A stretch of 64,000 nt of DNA from Leptolyngbyaceae cyanobacterium. Lineage in GTDB: Bacteria; Cyanobacteriota; Cyanobacteriia; Phormidesmidales; Phormidesmidaceae. Of this stretch, positions 21,742 to 31,937 are shown in pieces (within the stretch, counting starts at the first letter, position 1; every line of letters begins with the position of its first letter). Made by a program: the position numbers and the translations under genes. The stretch lies in contig CBDHHL010000032.1 of assembly GCA_965263355.1 (NCBI GenBank), forward strand, positions 1,088,001-1,152,000, written 5' to 3'. Under the pieces are notes generated by a model. It saw only the letters and a program-made list of their open reading frames with translations, made no database searches and was not told where the DNA came from.

Positions 21742-22503
21742 ATGACGTCCAACCTAGAGACGGTAGAGCCTACTGAGCAGAGCGACTACCTCAACGAATT
21801 ACCCGATGAGCTAGAAATGTCCCTCTTCGACCACCTCGAAGAGCTGCGGATGCGGATTTTTTATTCGTTAATTAGTGTTCTAGTAGGTGTTATCGGCTGC
21901 TTCTGCGTCGTTAACCGGATTGTTGAATTACTGGAAATTCCTGCCCAAGGAGCAAAATTCTTACAGCTTTCTCCAGGAGAGTACTTTTTTGTATCCATTA
22001 AGGTGGCTGGCTACAGCGGCATTTTAGTCGCTAGCCCTTTTATCATCTATCAAATCGCCCTGTTCGTCCTGCCCGGTTTGACCCGACGAGAGCGAAATTT
22101 ACTGGGTCCAATCGTTATAGGCTCCAGTGTCCTGTTTGTAGTGGGCATCTTTTTCGCCTATATCGCCCTTATCCCCGCTGCCCTAAATTTCTTTATCAAC
22201 TATGGCGAGGACGTAGTTGAACAATTGTGGTCTATTGATCGCTACTTTGAGTTTGTTCTGCTATTACTCTTTAGTACGGGGCTAGCATTTCAAATTCCGG
22301 TAATTCAACTGTTATTGGGTCTGCTGGGAATTGTCAATTCAGACACTATGCTTAAAGGGTGGCGCATCGTTTTATTAGGAGCCGTAGTGTTAGGCGCGGT
22401 CTTAACACCGTCCACGGACCCGGTTACTCAAAGTCTGTTAGCCGGAGCAGTCTTATTCCTTTACTTTGGTGGCATTTTTGTGGTTAAAGCCATCGGCAAG
22501 TAA
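21742..22503 (+). CDS. tatC: twin-arginine translocase subunit TatC
   Basis: [42 protein letters not shown]. Confidence 0.96.
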   Translation: MTSNLETVEPTEQSDYLNELPDELEMSLFDHLEELRMRIFYSLISVLVGVIGCFCVVNRIVELLEIPAQGAKFLQLSPGEYFFVSIKVAGYSGILVASPFIIYQIALFVLPGLTRRERNLLGPIVIGSSVLFVVGIFFAYIALIPAALNFFINYGEDVVEQLWSIDRYFEFVLLLLFSTGLAFQIPVIQLLLGLLGIVNSDTMLKGWRIVLLGAVVLGAVLTPSTDPVTQSLLAGAVLFLYFGGIFVVKAIGK

Positions 22504-22523
22504 ACGCACTAAAAGAATCAGCC

Positions 22524-23279
22524 CTATAGTGGATGTTTGGCAGGCACACCCACCTGTCTCGGAAAGTCTTTGTCCGTCTTTTCAGTCTTTTTTACATACA
22601 GGCAATGCCGTATCCCTTGTGTTAAAGGCGTTTCCCAGGGGCAAATGGCCACTAACTCGCCACCCAGGGTATCCAAAGCTCCCATAAATAGATCTTCTTC
22701 CTCATCGGTCCACTGACCCCGAAATAGGACAGCAAACCCACTTTTTTTTAGCAGCGGCAGTGCATATTCTGCACAGGTGGAGGCTGGACCAACAGCCCGT
22801 ACCATGGCGAGATCATATTGGGCACGATGCTTGGGATCATGTCCCACTGTTTCTGCTCGCTCTGCTAGAAATGCTGTATTGCTTAAACTGAGCTGTTGGC
22901 AAAGAGTTTGTAGAAAGGCGATTTTTTTGCGGGTGGAGTCGAGCAGGGTAATGTGCCATTGGGGGCGTGCGATCGCAACCGGTACCCCTGGAAAGCCCCC
23001 CCCAGTGCCAATATCAATCACCCGCTTTACCGTCGGTAGCCACTCCGGCTTCTCTGGCTCATACCAAGGCGCAAGACCGCTAAGGGAATCCCACAAATGT
23101 TTTTCCCAAAAGCTATCTGGCTCCGTAATGCGGGTCAAATTAACCTGACGATTCCCCTCAACAAGGCCGCTATACAATTGGTCAAACAATTGCTGCTGCT
23201 GCTCAGACGGCTGCCACTGTAACGTTTCCTGCCAATGATCGCTATTGCTTGGTAGATGCTCGATTACCGTTTCTGTCAT
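22524..23279 (-). CDS. rsmG: 16S rRNA m7G527 methyltransferase
   Basis: NLTRI...KHLWDSL, DIGTGGGFPG, LLDSTRKK, ERAE, VRAV. Confidence 0.95.
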   Translation of the reverse strand: MTETVIEHLPSNSDHWQETLQWQPSEQQQQLFDQLYSGLVEGNRQVNLTRITEPDSFWEKHLWDSLSGLAPWYEPEKPEWLPTVKRVIDIGTGGGFPGVPVAIARPQWHITLLDSTRKKIAFLQTLCQQLSLSNTAFLAERAETVGHDPKHRAQYDLAMVRAVGPASTCAEYALPLLKKSGFAVLFRGQWTDEEEDLFMGALDTLGGELVAICPWETPLTQGIRHCLYVKKTEKTDKDFPRQVGVPAKHPL

Positions 23280-23359
23280 ATCCTGATTTCCCGATTTCTC
23301 TGTGTCCCTGTAACTCCCTGTAACTGAGCGTAGTCAGTAGGCTGAGCGCAGTCGAAGCC

Positions 23360-24010
23360 TTACACCACAGGGGCCGTTGCCAACGGCTGCATCACCAGCT
23401 CTCCATTCTCCAATGTCCAACAGTAATCTGCCAAATGAGCTAAATCGCTAGCATCGTGAGATACCACTAGTAAACTCCAGTCTTTCTTCAGCTTGGCCAA
23501 TAGGTTAATCAGCTGCTGTTTCATAGACCAATCTAGTCCCGCTGTCGGTTCGTCTAACAATAATAAATAAGGCTGCCGAATCAGCTGTACCGCCAACGCC
23601 AAACGGCGTTGCTGCCCCCCACTCATCGCATGGGGTGCTGTTTGCAAACCAATTTTTCCCAGACCGACTGACTCCAGAGTCTTCGTTACCTGTTCTGACC
23701 CCAATTCTGGGTGGCCAATGCGTAACTCTTCCAGCACTGTGTGACCGCAAAAATGGCGTTCTGGAAACTGAAATACTAATCCTGCCAACTGTTGCAACAT
23801 TTCTGGCTGTAATTCTTGATCGCGCCAGTGCATAGTCCCTTGAGATGGAGATACTAGTCCAGCTAAAATCTCCAACAGCGTGCTCTTTCCTGAACCACTT
23901 GGCCCCACAATCAACCCCATCTTTTTGGGTGCCAGGGTAAATGAAATTTGCTTGAGAATAGGCGCTACACTAGCCGCCGGATGGTAAGACACATTATCAA
24001 GGGTGAGCAT
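23360..24010 (-). CDS. ABC transporter ATP-binding protein
   Basis: GPSGSGKST, VFQFPE, MSGGQQRR, LLLLDEPTAGLD. Confidence 0.92.
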   Translation of the reverse strand: MLTLDNVSYHPAASVAPILKQISFTLAPKKMGLIVGPSGSGKSTLLEILAGLVSPSQGTMHWRDQELQPEMLQQLAGLVFQFPERHFCGHTVLEELRIGHPELGSEQVTKTLESVGLGKIGLQTAPHAMSGGQQRRLALAVQLIRQPYLLLLDEPTAGLDWSMKQQLINLLAKLKKDWSLLVVSHDASDLAHLADYCWTLENGELVMQPLATAPVV

Positions 24011-24309
24011 TAGGGCAACAAGAAAGGCCAATTCACACTATAGCCAATGTTTTGTACAGGCAGGGGAGCACACTTACCGCAATCACGTAAATCATCTGTA
24101 CGAGCTATGTACGGGCGATGCTGTACATAAACCTTATCCTCGGCCAGAACGGTCGTTTTTCCATGAAAAAACAACAGCTTTCAACTTGGACATGATTTAT
24201 TCCCCAAACCAAAGGGCTTGCTATGCTAAGTAAGCCCTGTACACGTCCAGGCCGTTTCTACAGAGCCAGCTCCTGGGCGTGGATTAATCAAAATTATGAA
24301 CTCTAAGCT

Positions 24310-24762
24310 ATGGAAATTCGCTTTCGCGAGTGCGACTTTTTCAATCTATGGATTTGGCTAGAGCTGGAAAATGCGCCGTCGACCATGGAGCAACAATACA
24401 TCGAAGAAATTTTTGACTCATGGTTTTTCCTCGGAAAATTAGGTGGCTTTAATGCCGAAAATCTTCAAGTGCAAGAGGGGGGGCACGAAATTAGCTATAT
24501 GGACTACAACCATGACGAAGCCGATGGCAACTTAATGGCCGTTATGCACAATATGTCTGAAGTCCAGTTTCAAGGTACCTGGGCACGCTGCTGGTTTGAC
24601 CTAGGCACCACCGATGCCGTTGCCTTAGATGTACTCGTTAACACCCTAAAACAGTTCAGCAAAGACTATATCGTGATCAAACGGGTCTACATTGGCGGAG
24701 AAAATGAAGACTGGCCCATTCCCCGTGATCAGCATGCCGACTTTGTCGATGCCATGCATTAA
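24310..24762 (+). CDS. DUF3531 family protein
   Basis: FDSWFFLGKLGGFNAENLQV...MHNM...WARCWFDLGT. Confidence 0.85.
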   Translation: MEIRFRECDFFNLWIWLELENAPSTMEQQYIEEIFDSWFFLGKLGGFNAENLQVQEGGHEISYMDYNHDEADGNLMAVMHNMSEVQFQGTWARCWFDLGTTDAVALDVLVNTLKQFSKDYIVIKRVYIGGENEDWPIPRDQHADFVDAMH

Positions 24763-24780
24763 TAATCTACATTTATTGTG

Positions 24781-24820
24781 ATTTTTGTAGGGGCGTTGCA
24801 TGCAACGCCCCTACAAAAAT
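24781..24820. repeat. GTAG-type REP-like perfect palindrome (40 bp)
   Basis: ATTTTTGTAGGGGCGTTGCATGCAACGCCCCTACAAAAAT; identical 28-bp core at 37630-37657. Confidence 0.9.
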
Positions 24821-24945
24821 GGTCTACAAAAACACTAAATCCCGATAAATTCTGAAAAAAGGCTCAGATAGTTCAAAACACTTTCTAAGATCCCATCAGA
24901 ATTCACCAGGCATAATGACAGTGCCCCTTAGAGAGATTATTAAAA

Positions 24946-25200
24946 ATGGCTTACGAAGCACAACGTCAGACCAGTCTGGAATCCTCCGAATTTACTCAGC
25001 TAGAAAGTTGGCTGGCTAAACGTATTCGTGAACTGAGTGTTGATGCCCTAGCATCCAAGGCATTCACCTGTACAGCCTGTGGCGAAGTAGATGGAGAATA
25101 CCTGGTGGACTATGAAGGAAAAACTTTCCGGTTTGACACAGCTACCACCTATGCGTTTCTAGAATTTATTCTGGCAAAGCAGCCCACTGCGGTCAATTAA
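24946..25200 (+). CDS. small hypothetical protein with CxxC
   Basis: 84-aa ORF, purine-rich RBS-like leader, FTCTACGE motif. Confidence 0.65.
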   Translation: MAYEAQRQTSLESSEFTQLESWLAKRIRELSVDALASKAFTCTACGEVDGEYLVDYEGKTFRFDTATTYAFLEFILAKQPTAVN

Positions 25201-25210
25201 GACCTTCGCC

Positions 25211-25801
25211 CTAACAGGAGACCTCTGTAGCAAACCGCTGACGTTTTTGAAATTCAAACGGTCCAGCAATGGAACCCCACAAAAGCTCATCGGTCTCGGG
25301 GTCACGGCCTCGGTCGTAGCTAGTTAGTTTATCATCCGTAATCTCAAATTCATTATCTAAATAGCTTGTCTTGCCATTACGCACAACCATACAGTTTTTA
25401 CCTGGCACGACCTTGCCAATAAAGCTGTGCCCCGTCCAGCGCACCGTCATATCACAACCGGGCATTTTTTCCAGCTGGTCTGCTGAAATGCTCGCCAGCT
25501 TTTGAGGATCACGAGCTGCTCCAACTACAGCGTTTTGATCCTTAAAAGTATAGTTTTCCAGCAAAATGTGGTCTGCTTGCGGCAAAAAGTGGAGTACCCG
25601 CACCCGATAAGGCTGATTCAACATAAAGTCGTACGCCTGCTCTAGATATAAACTACAGCCTGGTAAAAACCCTGACGGCAAAGGCCGCATGCATACCCGA
25701 ATATGGGCAAAGAAAGGGGGATTTTCAATCGCTTGGGCCTGATTGCTAAAGTCAGCAGCCATCCACTTGAGCAAGGTAGAAATGTCAGTTGAGTGAGACA
25801 T
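25211..25801 (-). CDS. cpcT: CpcT/CpeT family phycobiliprotein lyase
   Basis: WMAADFSNQAQAIENPPFFAHIRVCMRPLP, EQAY, PYRVRV, SYDRGRDPET..WGS. Confidence 0.9.
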   Translation of the reverse strand: MSHSTDISTLLKWMAADFSNQAQAIENPPFFAHIRVCMRPLPSGFLPGCSLYLEQAYDFMLNQPYRVRVLHFLPQADHILLENYTFKDQNAVVGAARDPQKLASISADQLEKMPGCDMTVRWTGHSFIGKVVPGKNCMVVRNGKTSYLDNEFEITDDKLTSYDRGRDPETDELLWGSIAGPFEFQKRQRFATEVSC

Positions 25802-25865
25802 CTAAAACATGGTTACGGCTTCGCCATCTATTATGAAAAGACAAAATCTTCCTAAGAGCAACCTG

Positions 25866-26423
25866 ATGGAACCTCGATCAGTTTTCTGTACTTTTTTTGA
25901 GCACTGTGTTGGTAACTGGTCCACAGAACGCACGTATCACTACCTCACCCAAAACGAAGTAGAGCGTTCCCATACAGATTTTCAAATATCGCCCTTAGCT
26001 CCAGAGCTTAAGACTAAGGTTCTGTTCGACAATGCCTACGGTGACGTCAAGGCGTTGGAAACATTACCAGGGTTCAGTATGGCGTTTAATACGGTATCTG
26101 AAAAAGGTGAAAAGGTTTCCCAAAGTCTCAACTTGCTATTTGTCATCCATACAGAGACGGGCCAGTATTTAGAGGGAGATTATCTTCGCGATCGCGCCTA
26201 CGAAGAAGCTCGTCCCATCGTTTCCCACTTTAAGTTCTATCCCCACACAAAGGAACTTTTAATGACCACCAATTACACTCACGTGGTCTCTGTCGACTCG
26301 ATTACCCTCATTAATCCTGAAACCCGCATTCGTCGCATTCTTAACTATCTGAGGCCACCGGCAGGTAAACCCCTCGAAAACCTAGGTTTGGTTGGTTTCG
26401 GAGTTGAGCAGAAGGTTGCTTAG
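25866..26423 (+). CDS. CpcS/CpeS-type phycobiliprotein lyase (CpcV-like)
   Basis: FFEHCVGNWSTERTYHYL, YLRDRAYEE; divergent from cpcT; start uncertain (25809/25833/25866). Confidence 0.8.
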   Translation: MEPRSVFCTFFEHCVGNWSTERTYHYLTQNEVERSHTDFQISPLAPELKTKVLFDNAYGDVKALETLPGFSMAFNTVSEKGEKVSQSLNLLFVIHTETGQYLEGDYLRDRAYEEARPIVSHFKFYPHTKELLMTTNYTHVVSVDSITLINPETRIRRILNYLRPPAGKPLENLGLVGFGVEQKVA

Positions 26424-26520
26424 TATAAATGCCTAGCTCAAACAAGTACCTTAGTGCGTATTTCTCCTCCAGCTGCAGTGCCCTGCGGAATAGGAATAAA
26501 TTAATGTGTATTGCTTTCCA

Positions 26521-26572
26521 TAAGAGTTACCCTAACTTTCCATGCTATTTGGGAAAGTTAGGGTAACTCTTA
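26521..26572. promoter_or_regulatory. perfect 21-bp inverted repeat with 10-nt spacer upstream of the SPFH gene
   Basis: TAAGAGTTACCCTAACTTTCC-ATGCTATTTG-GGAAAGTTAGGGTAACTCTTA. Confidence 0.7.
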
Positions 26573-26605
26573 GAACAGATACATCTTCGCTACGGAGAGC
26601 GCACA

Positions 26606-27709
26606 GTGGGCTTATTTGAGAAAGTTCGGGCTGAATTCATTGACATTATTGAATGGCTCGATCCATCGCAAGATACCATTGCCTATCGCTTTGAACGATT
26701 TCAAAATGAAATCAAAATGGGGGCACAGCTAATAGTGCGCCCTGGTCAGGTGGCAATTCTAGTCGGCGAGGGTCAGGTCGCCGATATTTTTGAACCTGGC
26801 CGTTATCGTCTAGAAACCCAAAATATGCCAGTCCTTACTACCTTAATGGGCTGGAAATATGGTTTTAACTCTCCTTTTAAGGCTGAAGTTTACTTTTTCA
26901 ATACCAAAATTTTTACCAATCTTAAATGGGGTACAGCTAATCCCATTACTATTCGCGATCCTGAACTGGGTCCAGTCCGTCTACGCGCTTACGGCACCTA
27001 CACCATGCGCGTTAGTGACGCGCGTACCCTACTAGAACAGCTAATCAGCACCGATGGCCTGTTTCAAACTGACGAGATCAGCGAGCACCTGCGCAATATG
27101 ATCATTTCGGCTTTTGCTAGCAGTGTGGGCCAAGACCAAACCCCGTTATTTGATTTAGCGGCCAACTACCAAGCCATGGGCGAACAGGTACGTCATGCCA
27201 TGCAGCCCAACATGGAACAATTTGGCTTAGAGCTTCGCCAGTTACTGATTGAAAATATTTCGCTTCCTCCCGAAGTCGAAGCCGCCCTCGATAAGCGCGC
27301 CTCCATCGGCATCCTGGGCAATCTACAGCAATATACCCAATACCAGGCTGCCAATGCCATCGAGCAATCGGCCAAAAATCCAGCTGGAGCAAGTCCTGGC
27401 CTCGACCTCGGTGTCGGTATCGCCATGGGTCAGCAAATTGCCAACGCCATGAACCCACAAGCGGCTTCCCCTGCCCCCCCTGCCCCAGCTGCACCAACAG
27501 CACCACCACCGCCTATGCCAGTCGCCACCTGGTACATCACCCGAGATGGCCAAAACTTTGGCCCATACTCTCAAGATCAGCTCCTGGTTAATGGTCTAAC
27601 GGCTCAGTCAAATGTCTGGAAACAAGGCATGGCTGGCTGGCAACCCGCCAATACAGTGAGTGAGCTACAGTCACTATTAAACAGCGTACCGCCACCACCA
27701 ATGGCTTAG
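26606..27709 (+). CDS. SPFH (band 7, YdjI-like) domain protein with C-terminal GYF_2/DUF4339 domain
   Basis: EFIDIIEW, GWKYGFNSPFKAEVYF, KWGTANP, IENISLPPEVE; Pro linker; WYITRDGQNFGPYS...VWKQGMAGW. Confidence 0.88.
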   Translation: MGLFEKVRAEFIDIIEWLDPSQDTIAYRFERFQNEIKMGAQLIVRPGQVAILVGEGQVADIFEPGRYRLETQNMPVLTTLMGWKYGFNSPFKAEVYFFNTKIFTNLKWGTANPITIRDPELGPVRLRAYGTYTMRVSDARTLLEQLISTDGLFQTDEISEHLRNMIISAFASSVGQDQTPLFDLAANYQAMGEQVRHAMQPNMEQFGLELRQLLIENISLPPEVEAALDKRASIGILGNLQQYTQYQAANAIEQSAKNPAGASPGLDLGVGIAMGQQIANAMNPQAASPAPPAPAAPTAPPPPMPVATWYITRDGQNFGPYSQDQLLVNGLTAQSNVWKQGMAGWQPANTVSELQSLLNSVPPPPMA

Positions 27710-27713
27710 GCAT

Positions 27714-27837
27714 GAGTTAGTTTTAAGTTTTCAGTTTTGAAGTACGAGTTAGATGCCTAACTTAAAATATTCAGCGAACTGAGAAGCATGAAGAATAACG
27801 CTATGCAAAACTCAAAATTGAGAACTGATTAAATTCT
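27714..27837. repeat. degenerate heptamer repeat arms in inverted orientation (STRR/MITE-like)
   Basis: GTTTTAA-GTTTTCA-GTTTTGA on the left and AAAACTC-AAAATTG-AGAACTG on the right. Confidence 0.45.
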
Positions 27838-27909
27838 GATGCCTTAAATAGGCTGATTAACTTCTAGAAGAAGCTCAATTCCCTCTACTGTTAACTATTT
27901 TTCTCTGCA

Positions 27910-29022
27910 ATGGAGCCTACGACCTCCGTTAACCAATACCAGTGTTCAGGCTGTAAGGCCGACATGACCTTTGACCCTGACCTCGGACAACTTCATTGCC
28001 CTTACTGCGGTCGGGCTGAAGCCATGCCTGAGGTCACGGCAACCAAACTCAGTGCCACGCTACAAGAGCATGATTTAGTAGAATTTGTTGCAACCAATCG
28101 GACTGCCCAACTAGCAACCACAGCCCAGGCGGTCAACTGTCCTGGTTGTCACGCCACCATCACCTTTGAACCACCTGACGTAGCTGGCAAATGTCCATTT
28201 TGCGCTACCAGCATTGTTACCCAGGAGAGCCATCCTGCTGACCCTACCCTAGCGCCATCAAGCCTCGTCCCATTTACCGTGGGCCGTAAAGTAGCATTAA
28301 CCAATTTACGAGAATGGTTAGCCTTTCGTTGGGATTGGAAAGACTTAAAGGCGATATTTTTACCTGGAAAACTCAAGCAACTCGCTCAGGACCAGACACT
28401 TACTGGTGTTTATCTGCCATTTTGGACCTACGACGCCCAAACCCAGAGTCATTATCAGGGTGAACGTGGCACTCACTACTATGTCACTAAACAGACTAAG
28501 GATGGAGACAAACGAGTTCGGAAAACTCGTTGGCGAAATGTTTCAGGGCATGTGTCACGGTTTTTTGATGATGTGCTCGTCCCAGCCACAAGGGCGGTTG
28601 ATACTGAAAAGTTACTGCAGCTGTGGCCCACGTTACCTGTATCTCAACTCAAACCCTACAGTGCCGAGTATCTGGCAGGATTTCAGGCTCAACGCTACGA
28701 AATCATGGTCAAAGAAGGGCATGCCAAAGCCAAAGACATGATGTCAGATATCATCCACAGCGATGTCCGCTCTGATATTGGTGGCGATGAACAGCGCATT
28801 CATTCAGTGTCAACGAATTACTCAAAAGAAACGTTTAAGCATATTCTGCTGCCTGTGTGGATGGCTACCTATCGCTATGGGGGTAAACCTTATCAAGTGA
28901 TGATCAATGCCCAAACTGGCACTGTTATGGGTGAGCGACCAGTGGCTGCCTGGAAAGTGGCGCTGGCAATTGCGATCGCAACAGTCATTTTCATGATCAT
29001 TATTTTGATCGCCAACGGATAA
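27910..29022 (+). CDS. YdjG-like zinc-ribbon membrane-anchored protein
   Basis: Four CxxC pairs, GVYLPFWTYD, FFDDVLVPA, ETFKHILLPVW, INAQTG...GERP, C-terminal TM; follows the YdjI-like gene. Confidence 0.8.
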   Translation: MEPTTSVNQYQCSGCKADMTFDPDLGQLHCPYCGRAEAMPEVTATKLSATLQEHDLVEFVATNRTAQLATTAQAVNCPGCHATITFEPPDVAGKCPFCATSIVTQESHPADPTLAPSSLVPFTVGRKVALTNLREWLAFRWDWKDLKAIFLPGKLKQLAQDQTLTGVYLPFWTYDAQTQSHYQGERGTHYYVTKQTKDGDKRVRKTRWRNVSGHVSRFFDDVLVPATRAVDTEKLLQLWPTLPVSQLKPYSAEYLAGFQAQRYEIMVKEGHAKAKDMMSDIIHSDVRSDIGGDEQRIHSVSTNYSKETFKHILLPVWMATYRYGGKPYQVMINAQTGTVMGERPVAAWKVALAIAIATVIFMIIILIANG

Positions 29023-29128
29023 CCGCCCATTGACCCGAAAAAAGGTTCACAGCAAACATCTAAAACCCTTTACCCAAGACTTATCCAAGTTTTTTTCAAA
29101 CCGCCATTGCCGATTCCAAAAATAGTGA

Positions 29129-29146
29129 TTAACATTTAGTTACATA
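29129..29146 (+). promoter_or_regulatory. HLR1-like (RpaB) element upstream of the hli gene
   Basis: TTAACATT-TA-GTTACATA matches the paired (G/T)TTACA(T/A)(T/A) consensus with one mismatch. Confidence 0.65.
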
Positions 29147-29188
29147 GGTGTTACTCACCTTAACGTTTCGTCTGAAGGACATTGAATC

Positions 29189-29332
29189 ATGGCTGAAGAA
29201 AATGCAAAGTTTGGTTTTACTCAAATCGCTGAAAACTGGAATGGCCGTCTGGCTATGCTAGGTTTCGTAATCGGTCTTGCTACTGAGCTAATGACTGGTC
29301 AGGGCATCCTTTCCCAGTTGGGCTTGATGTAG
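29189..29332 (+). CDS. high light inducible protein (Hli/SCP), 47 aa
   Basis: Manual translation MAEENAKFGFTQIAENWNGRLAMLGFVIGLATELMTGQGILSQLGLM; below the ORF-track cutoff. Confidence 0.95.
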   Translation: MAEENAKFGFTQIAENWNGRLAMLGFVIGLATELMTGQGILSQLGLM

Positions 29333-29386
29333 ATCTGTCTGATAGAGATATCTCCAGGATCAATTTTTTTCGTACAGTCAGAGAAC

Positions 29387-29417
29387 AAAAGGGCAAGCTT
29401 CGGCTTGTCCTTTTTTT
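29387..29417. terminator. intrinsic terminator, likely bidirectional
   Basis: AAAAGGGCAAGC-TTCG-GCTTGTCCTTTTTTT between convergent genes. Confidence 0.85.
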
Positions 29418-29419
29418 GT

Positions 29420-29740
29420 TTACTCTTCTTCTTCAAACTCTGCCCAAGTTGCTACCGCCTTCAGCTCAGGTGGAATGCTATCGTCAGGATGAAATTCCAA
29501 GATCGTCTCCCGGTAACCCAGGTATCCTGATTCTGTAAACGATATCAACATACGGGTCAGGGCAATCCACACCGTTTCGTCAAATTCCCAATCCTTATAG
29601 AAACCCGCCCGATCTGCAATGGACTTAAGTGCCCAAAAATAATTATTTCGTACCACTGACCCTTGCTTTTTGTAAGTCGGCACATCCTCCTGGTGAACAC
29701 ATAAAACCTGTTTGCTGATCTTTGCTCTCATGGGGGTCAA
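29420..29740 (-). CDS. hypothetical protein
   Basis: 106 aa, VVRNNYFWALKSIA...WEFD...ESGYLG; flanked by a terminator and a divergent gene. Confidence 0.7.
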   Translation of the reverse strand: MTPMRAKISKQVLCVHQEDVPTYKKQGSVVRNNYFWALKSIADRAGFYKDWEFDETVWIALTRMLISFTESGYLGYRETILEFHPDDSIPPELKAVATWAEFEEEE

Positions 29741-29785
29741 TGTTTTACAACTGTATCCATACCTTAAATTTCTCTAAGACATTCC

Positions 29786-30640
29786 ATGGTGGCGGCTGTT
29801 TGCCTGCGTAACGTTCACAAAGTCTATAACAACATCTGCGTGGTCAACGATCTCTCGTTGACAATTCAACCGGGTGAAATCTTTGGCCTGCTTGGCCCTA
29901 ACGGAGCAGGTAAATCTACCACAATTCGGATGCTAACCACGCTAACGAGGGCTACTCAGGGAGACATCGTTGTCTCTGGCTACGATGTTCACCGGCAAAA
30001 GGCGGAGGTGCGACGTCAGATTGGAGTAGTACTTCAGCAGACCAGTGTCGATGGGGATTTGTCTGTCTGGGAAAATATGGAATTTCATGGCAGAATGCAT
30101 CATTTGCCTAACCCTCAGCGGCAACGAGCTATCGATCAGTGGTTAGCCTATGTAGAGCTGTCTGATCGCCGCGATGATAAGGTCAAAACCTTATCTGGAG
30201 GGATGAAACGCCGTTTACAGATTGCGCGGGCGCTACTGCACAAGCCAAAAATTCTTTTTCTAGATGAACCCACGGTGGGTCTGGACCCACAAACTCGCCG
30301 CCGTTTATGGGAAATCATCCTTGATCTGAATAAACAGCAGGGCATGACCATACTGATCACTACCCACTATATGGAAGAGGTGGAATACTTATGCGATCGT
30401 ATCGGCATTATGGATCAGGGTCGATTGATTGAAATGGGTACATTAGCGGAGCTGAGATCTCAACATGGCGAAGGGATTTTTATCCAGCAAACCGACGATC
30501 GCTGGAACTATACCTTTTTCCCTACACTCCGAGACGCTAATCAGTATCTAGATCAACAACCCGATAAAACTGGTATGATGACTCGTTCTTCAAACCTAGA
30601 AGACATCTTTGTCGAGTTAACTGGTCATAATCTAGACTAA
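29786..30640 (+). CDS. ABC-2 type exporter ATP-binding protein
   Basis: GPNGAGKST, LSGGMKRR, LFLDEPTVGLD, TTHYMEE. Confidence 0.92.
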   Translation: MVAAVCLRNVHKVYNNICVVNDLSLTIQPGEIFGLLGPNGAGKSTTIRMLTTLTRATQGDIVVSGYDVHRQKAEVRRQIGVVLQQTSVDGDLSVWENMEFHGRMHHLPNPQRQRAIDQWLAYVELSDRRDDKVKTLSGGMKRRLQIARALLHKPKILFLDEPTVGLDPQTRRRLWEIILDLNKQQGMTILITTHYMEEVEYLCDRIGIMDQGRLIEMGTLAELRSQHGEGIFIQQTDDRWNYTFFPTLRDANQYLDQQPDKTGMMTRSSNLEDIFVELTGHNLD

Positions 30641-30754
30641 CCCTAACTAAAACGTCCACATATGTAAAAAGGGATGATCGTTTAGGATCATCCCTCAAAC
30701 AAATACTTATCGCAGAGGGGCATTGCATGTGATGCCCCTGTTTGATGCAATCAA

Positions 30755-31177
30755 TTAATCCAAATAGCCCATTAAAATGGCGCTATCTTCATCAATGTCA
30801 TTAGAAGCAATAGGACGATTACCAGGCAGCGTTTCCAAGTCAGAAACCACTAAAGTACTCACAGCCACGGGACGATGGCCAGGCAAATGATCAGTGCTAG
30901 CAACTTCGAAGTTATCAGCCATAACCGGACGAACACCAGCAGATGATAGATTATGAACTACCTCAATATCACTCACGGTGATAGGTCGATTATTCGGCAG
31001 TGTATTCGTCTCAACAACGCGTGTATTGTCCTCTAGCACGATGATGTTAGGTTTTTCAGCCTTAACAATACCGCCACCCTTAACCGCAGCCGACGTCGTT
31101 GCTTTTGTTTGGGTGTTGCTTGAAGAACTAGATTGTTGAGTTGTTTGACTGGTGGTATCCGGTGCGTCGCTGCTCAT
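30755..31177 (-). CDS. hypothetical protein with four ~19-20 aa RP[IV] repeats
   Basis: LPNNRPI / SAGVRPV / LPGHRPV / LPGNRPI. Confidence 0.75.
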   Translation of the reverse strand: MSSDAPDTTSQTTQQSSSSSNTQTKATTSAAVKGGGIVKAEKPNIIVLEDNTRVVETNTLPNNRPITVSDIEVVHNLSSAGVRPVMADNFEVASTDHLPGHRPVAVSTLVVSDLETLPGNRPIASNDIDEDSAILMGYLD

Positions 31178-31545
31178 AACCTTATAACCCCTTCTACTAC
31201 TTGAAGTATCCCTTTAGAACTAATCTTGTCGGTAACCTAGCCATTCATAAACTGAACACTGGCCCCCAGTACCACCACCAATACCCCGTCAGCCGCTGGG
31301 CAAAAGCCCATAAAGGTTCAGGGCATTGCAATCCCCAGTGGTACAAATATCTACATAATTATAAATTAAAAGACAACCGCTTTAGTTTATTAAAGCTAAT
31401 CAGTCCTATAAAGCCTCATACGTCAAATCCCCGCAAGGTTTTGAAATAAATATGATCGTCGTCGCCAAATTTAGAATAACAAGCTACAATAATATGTGCT
31501 CCAGAGCTATTCCAAGTTAGATTTTTTAATTTGGATGATCACCAA

Positions 31546-31937
31546 GGGGCTGTAACGGTTTCGACGTTTTGACGAAAGTCGCGTTGTGATGCAGGCCGAG
31601 AGCGAGTCAACTCTCGCAAATCAAGACTCAACTAAATACAGATGCAAACAACATCGTACCTTTTGCTCGTAAGCAAGTAGCTGTAGCTGCTGCCTAAAAA
31701 CCTCTTTCAGGTTCGAGCGCTTATTGCCTGACTCCGTTAAGGGTGATAAGCATAACCTCAACGGATGCGTTAGGTTGATTTCTCTGGTAGGAAACCTAAC
31801 AAAGACTTTTACCAGAGCATCCCACTGTTCGGGATAATGAACAGTTCCCGCCTAGAGGATTAGATAGGCTAAGCCTGTGAGCGAGTGACGCGTTATTACT
31901 CAGGGCGGACACGGGTTCGACTCCCGTCAGCTCCATT
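31546..31937 (+). ncRNA. ssrA: tmRNA
   Basis: 5' GGGGCTGTAACGGTTTCGAC; tag ORF 31644-31697 ANNIVPFARKQVAVAAA*; 3' T-arm GACACGGGTTCGACTCCCGTCAGCTCCA. Confidence 0.97.

Noticed and set aside
23304..23358. Short duplications TCCCTGTAAC x2 and CTGAGCG(T/C)AGTC x2
   Set aside because: Look like decayed pieces of a common dispersed repeat; too short to support a feature.
31201..31449. 82-aa ORF or structured RNA upstream of tmRNA
   Set aside because: TTG start, no recognisable motifs, and no RNA family I can identify.
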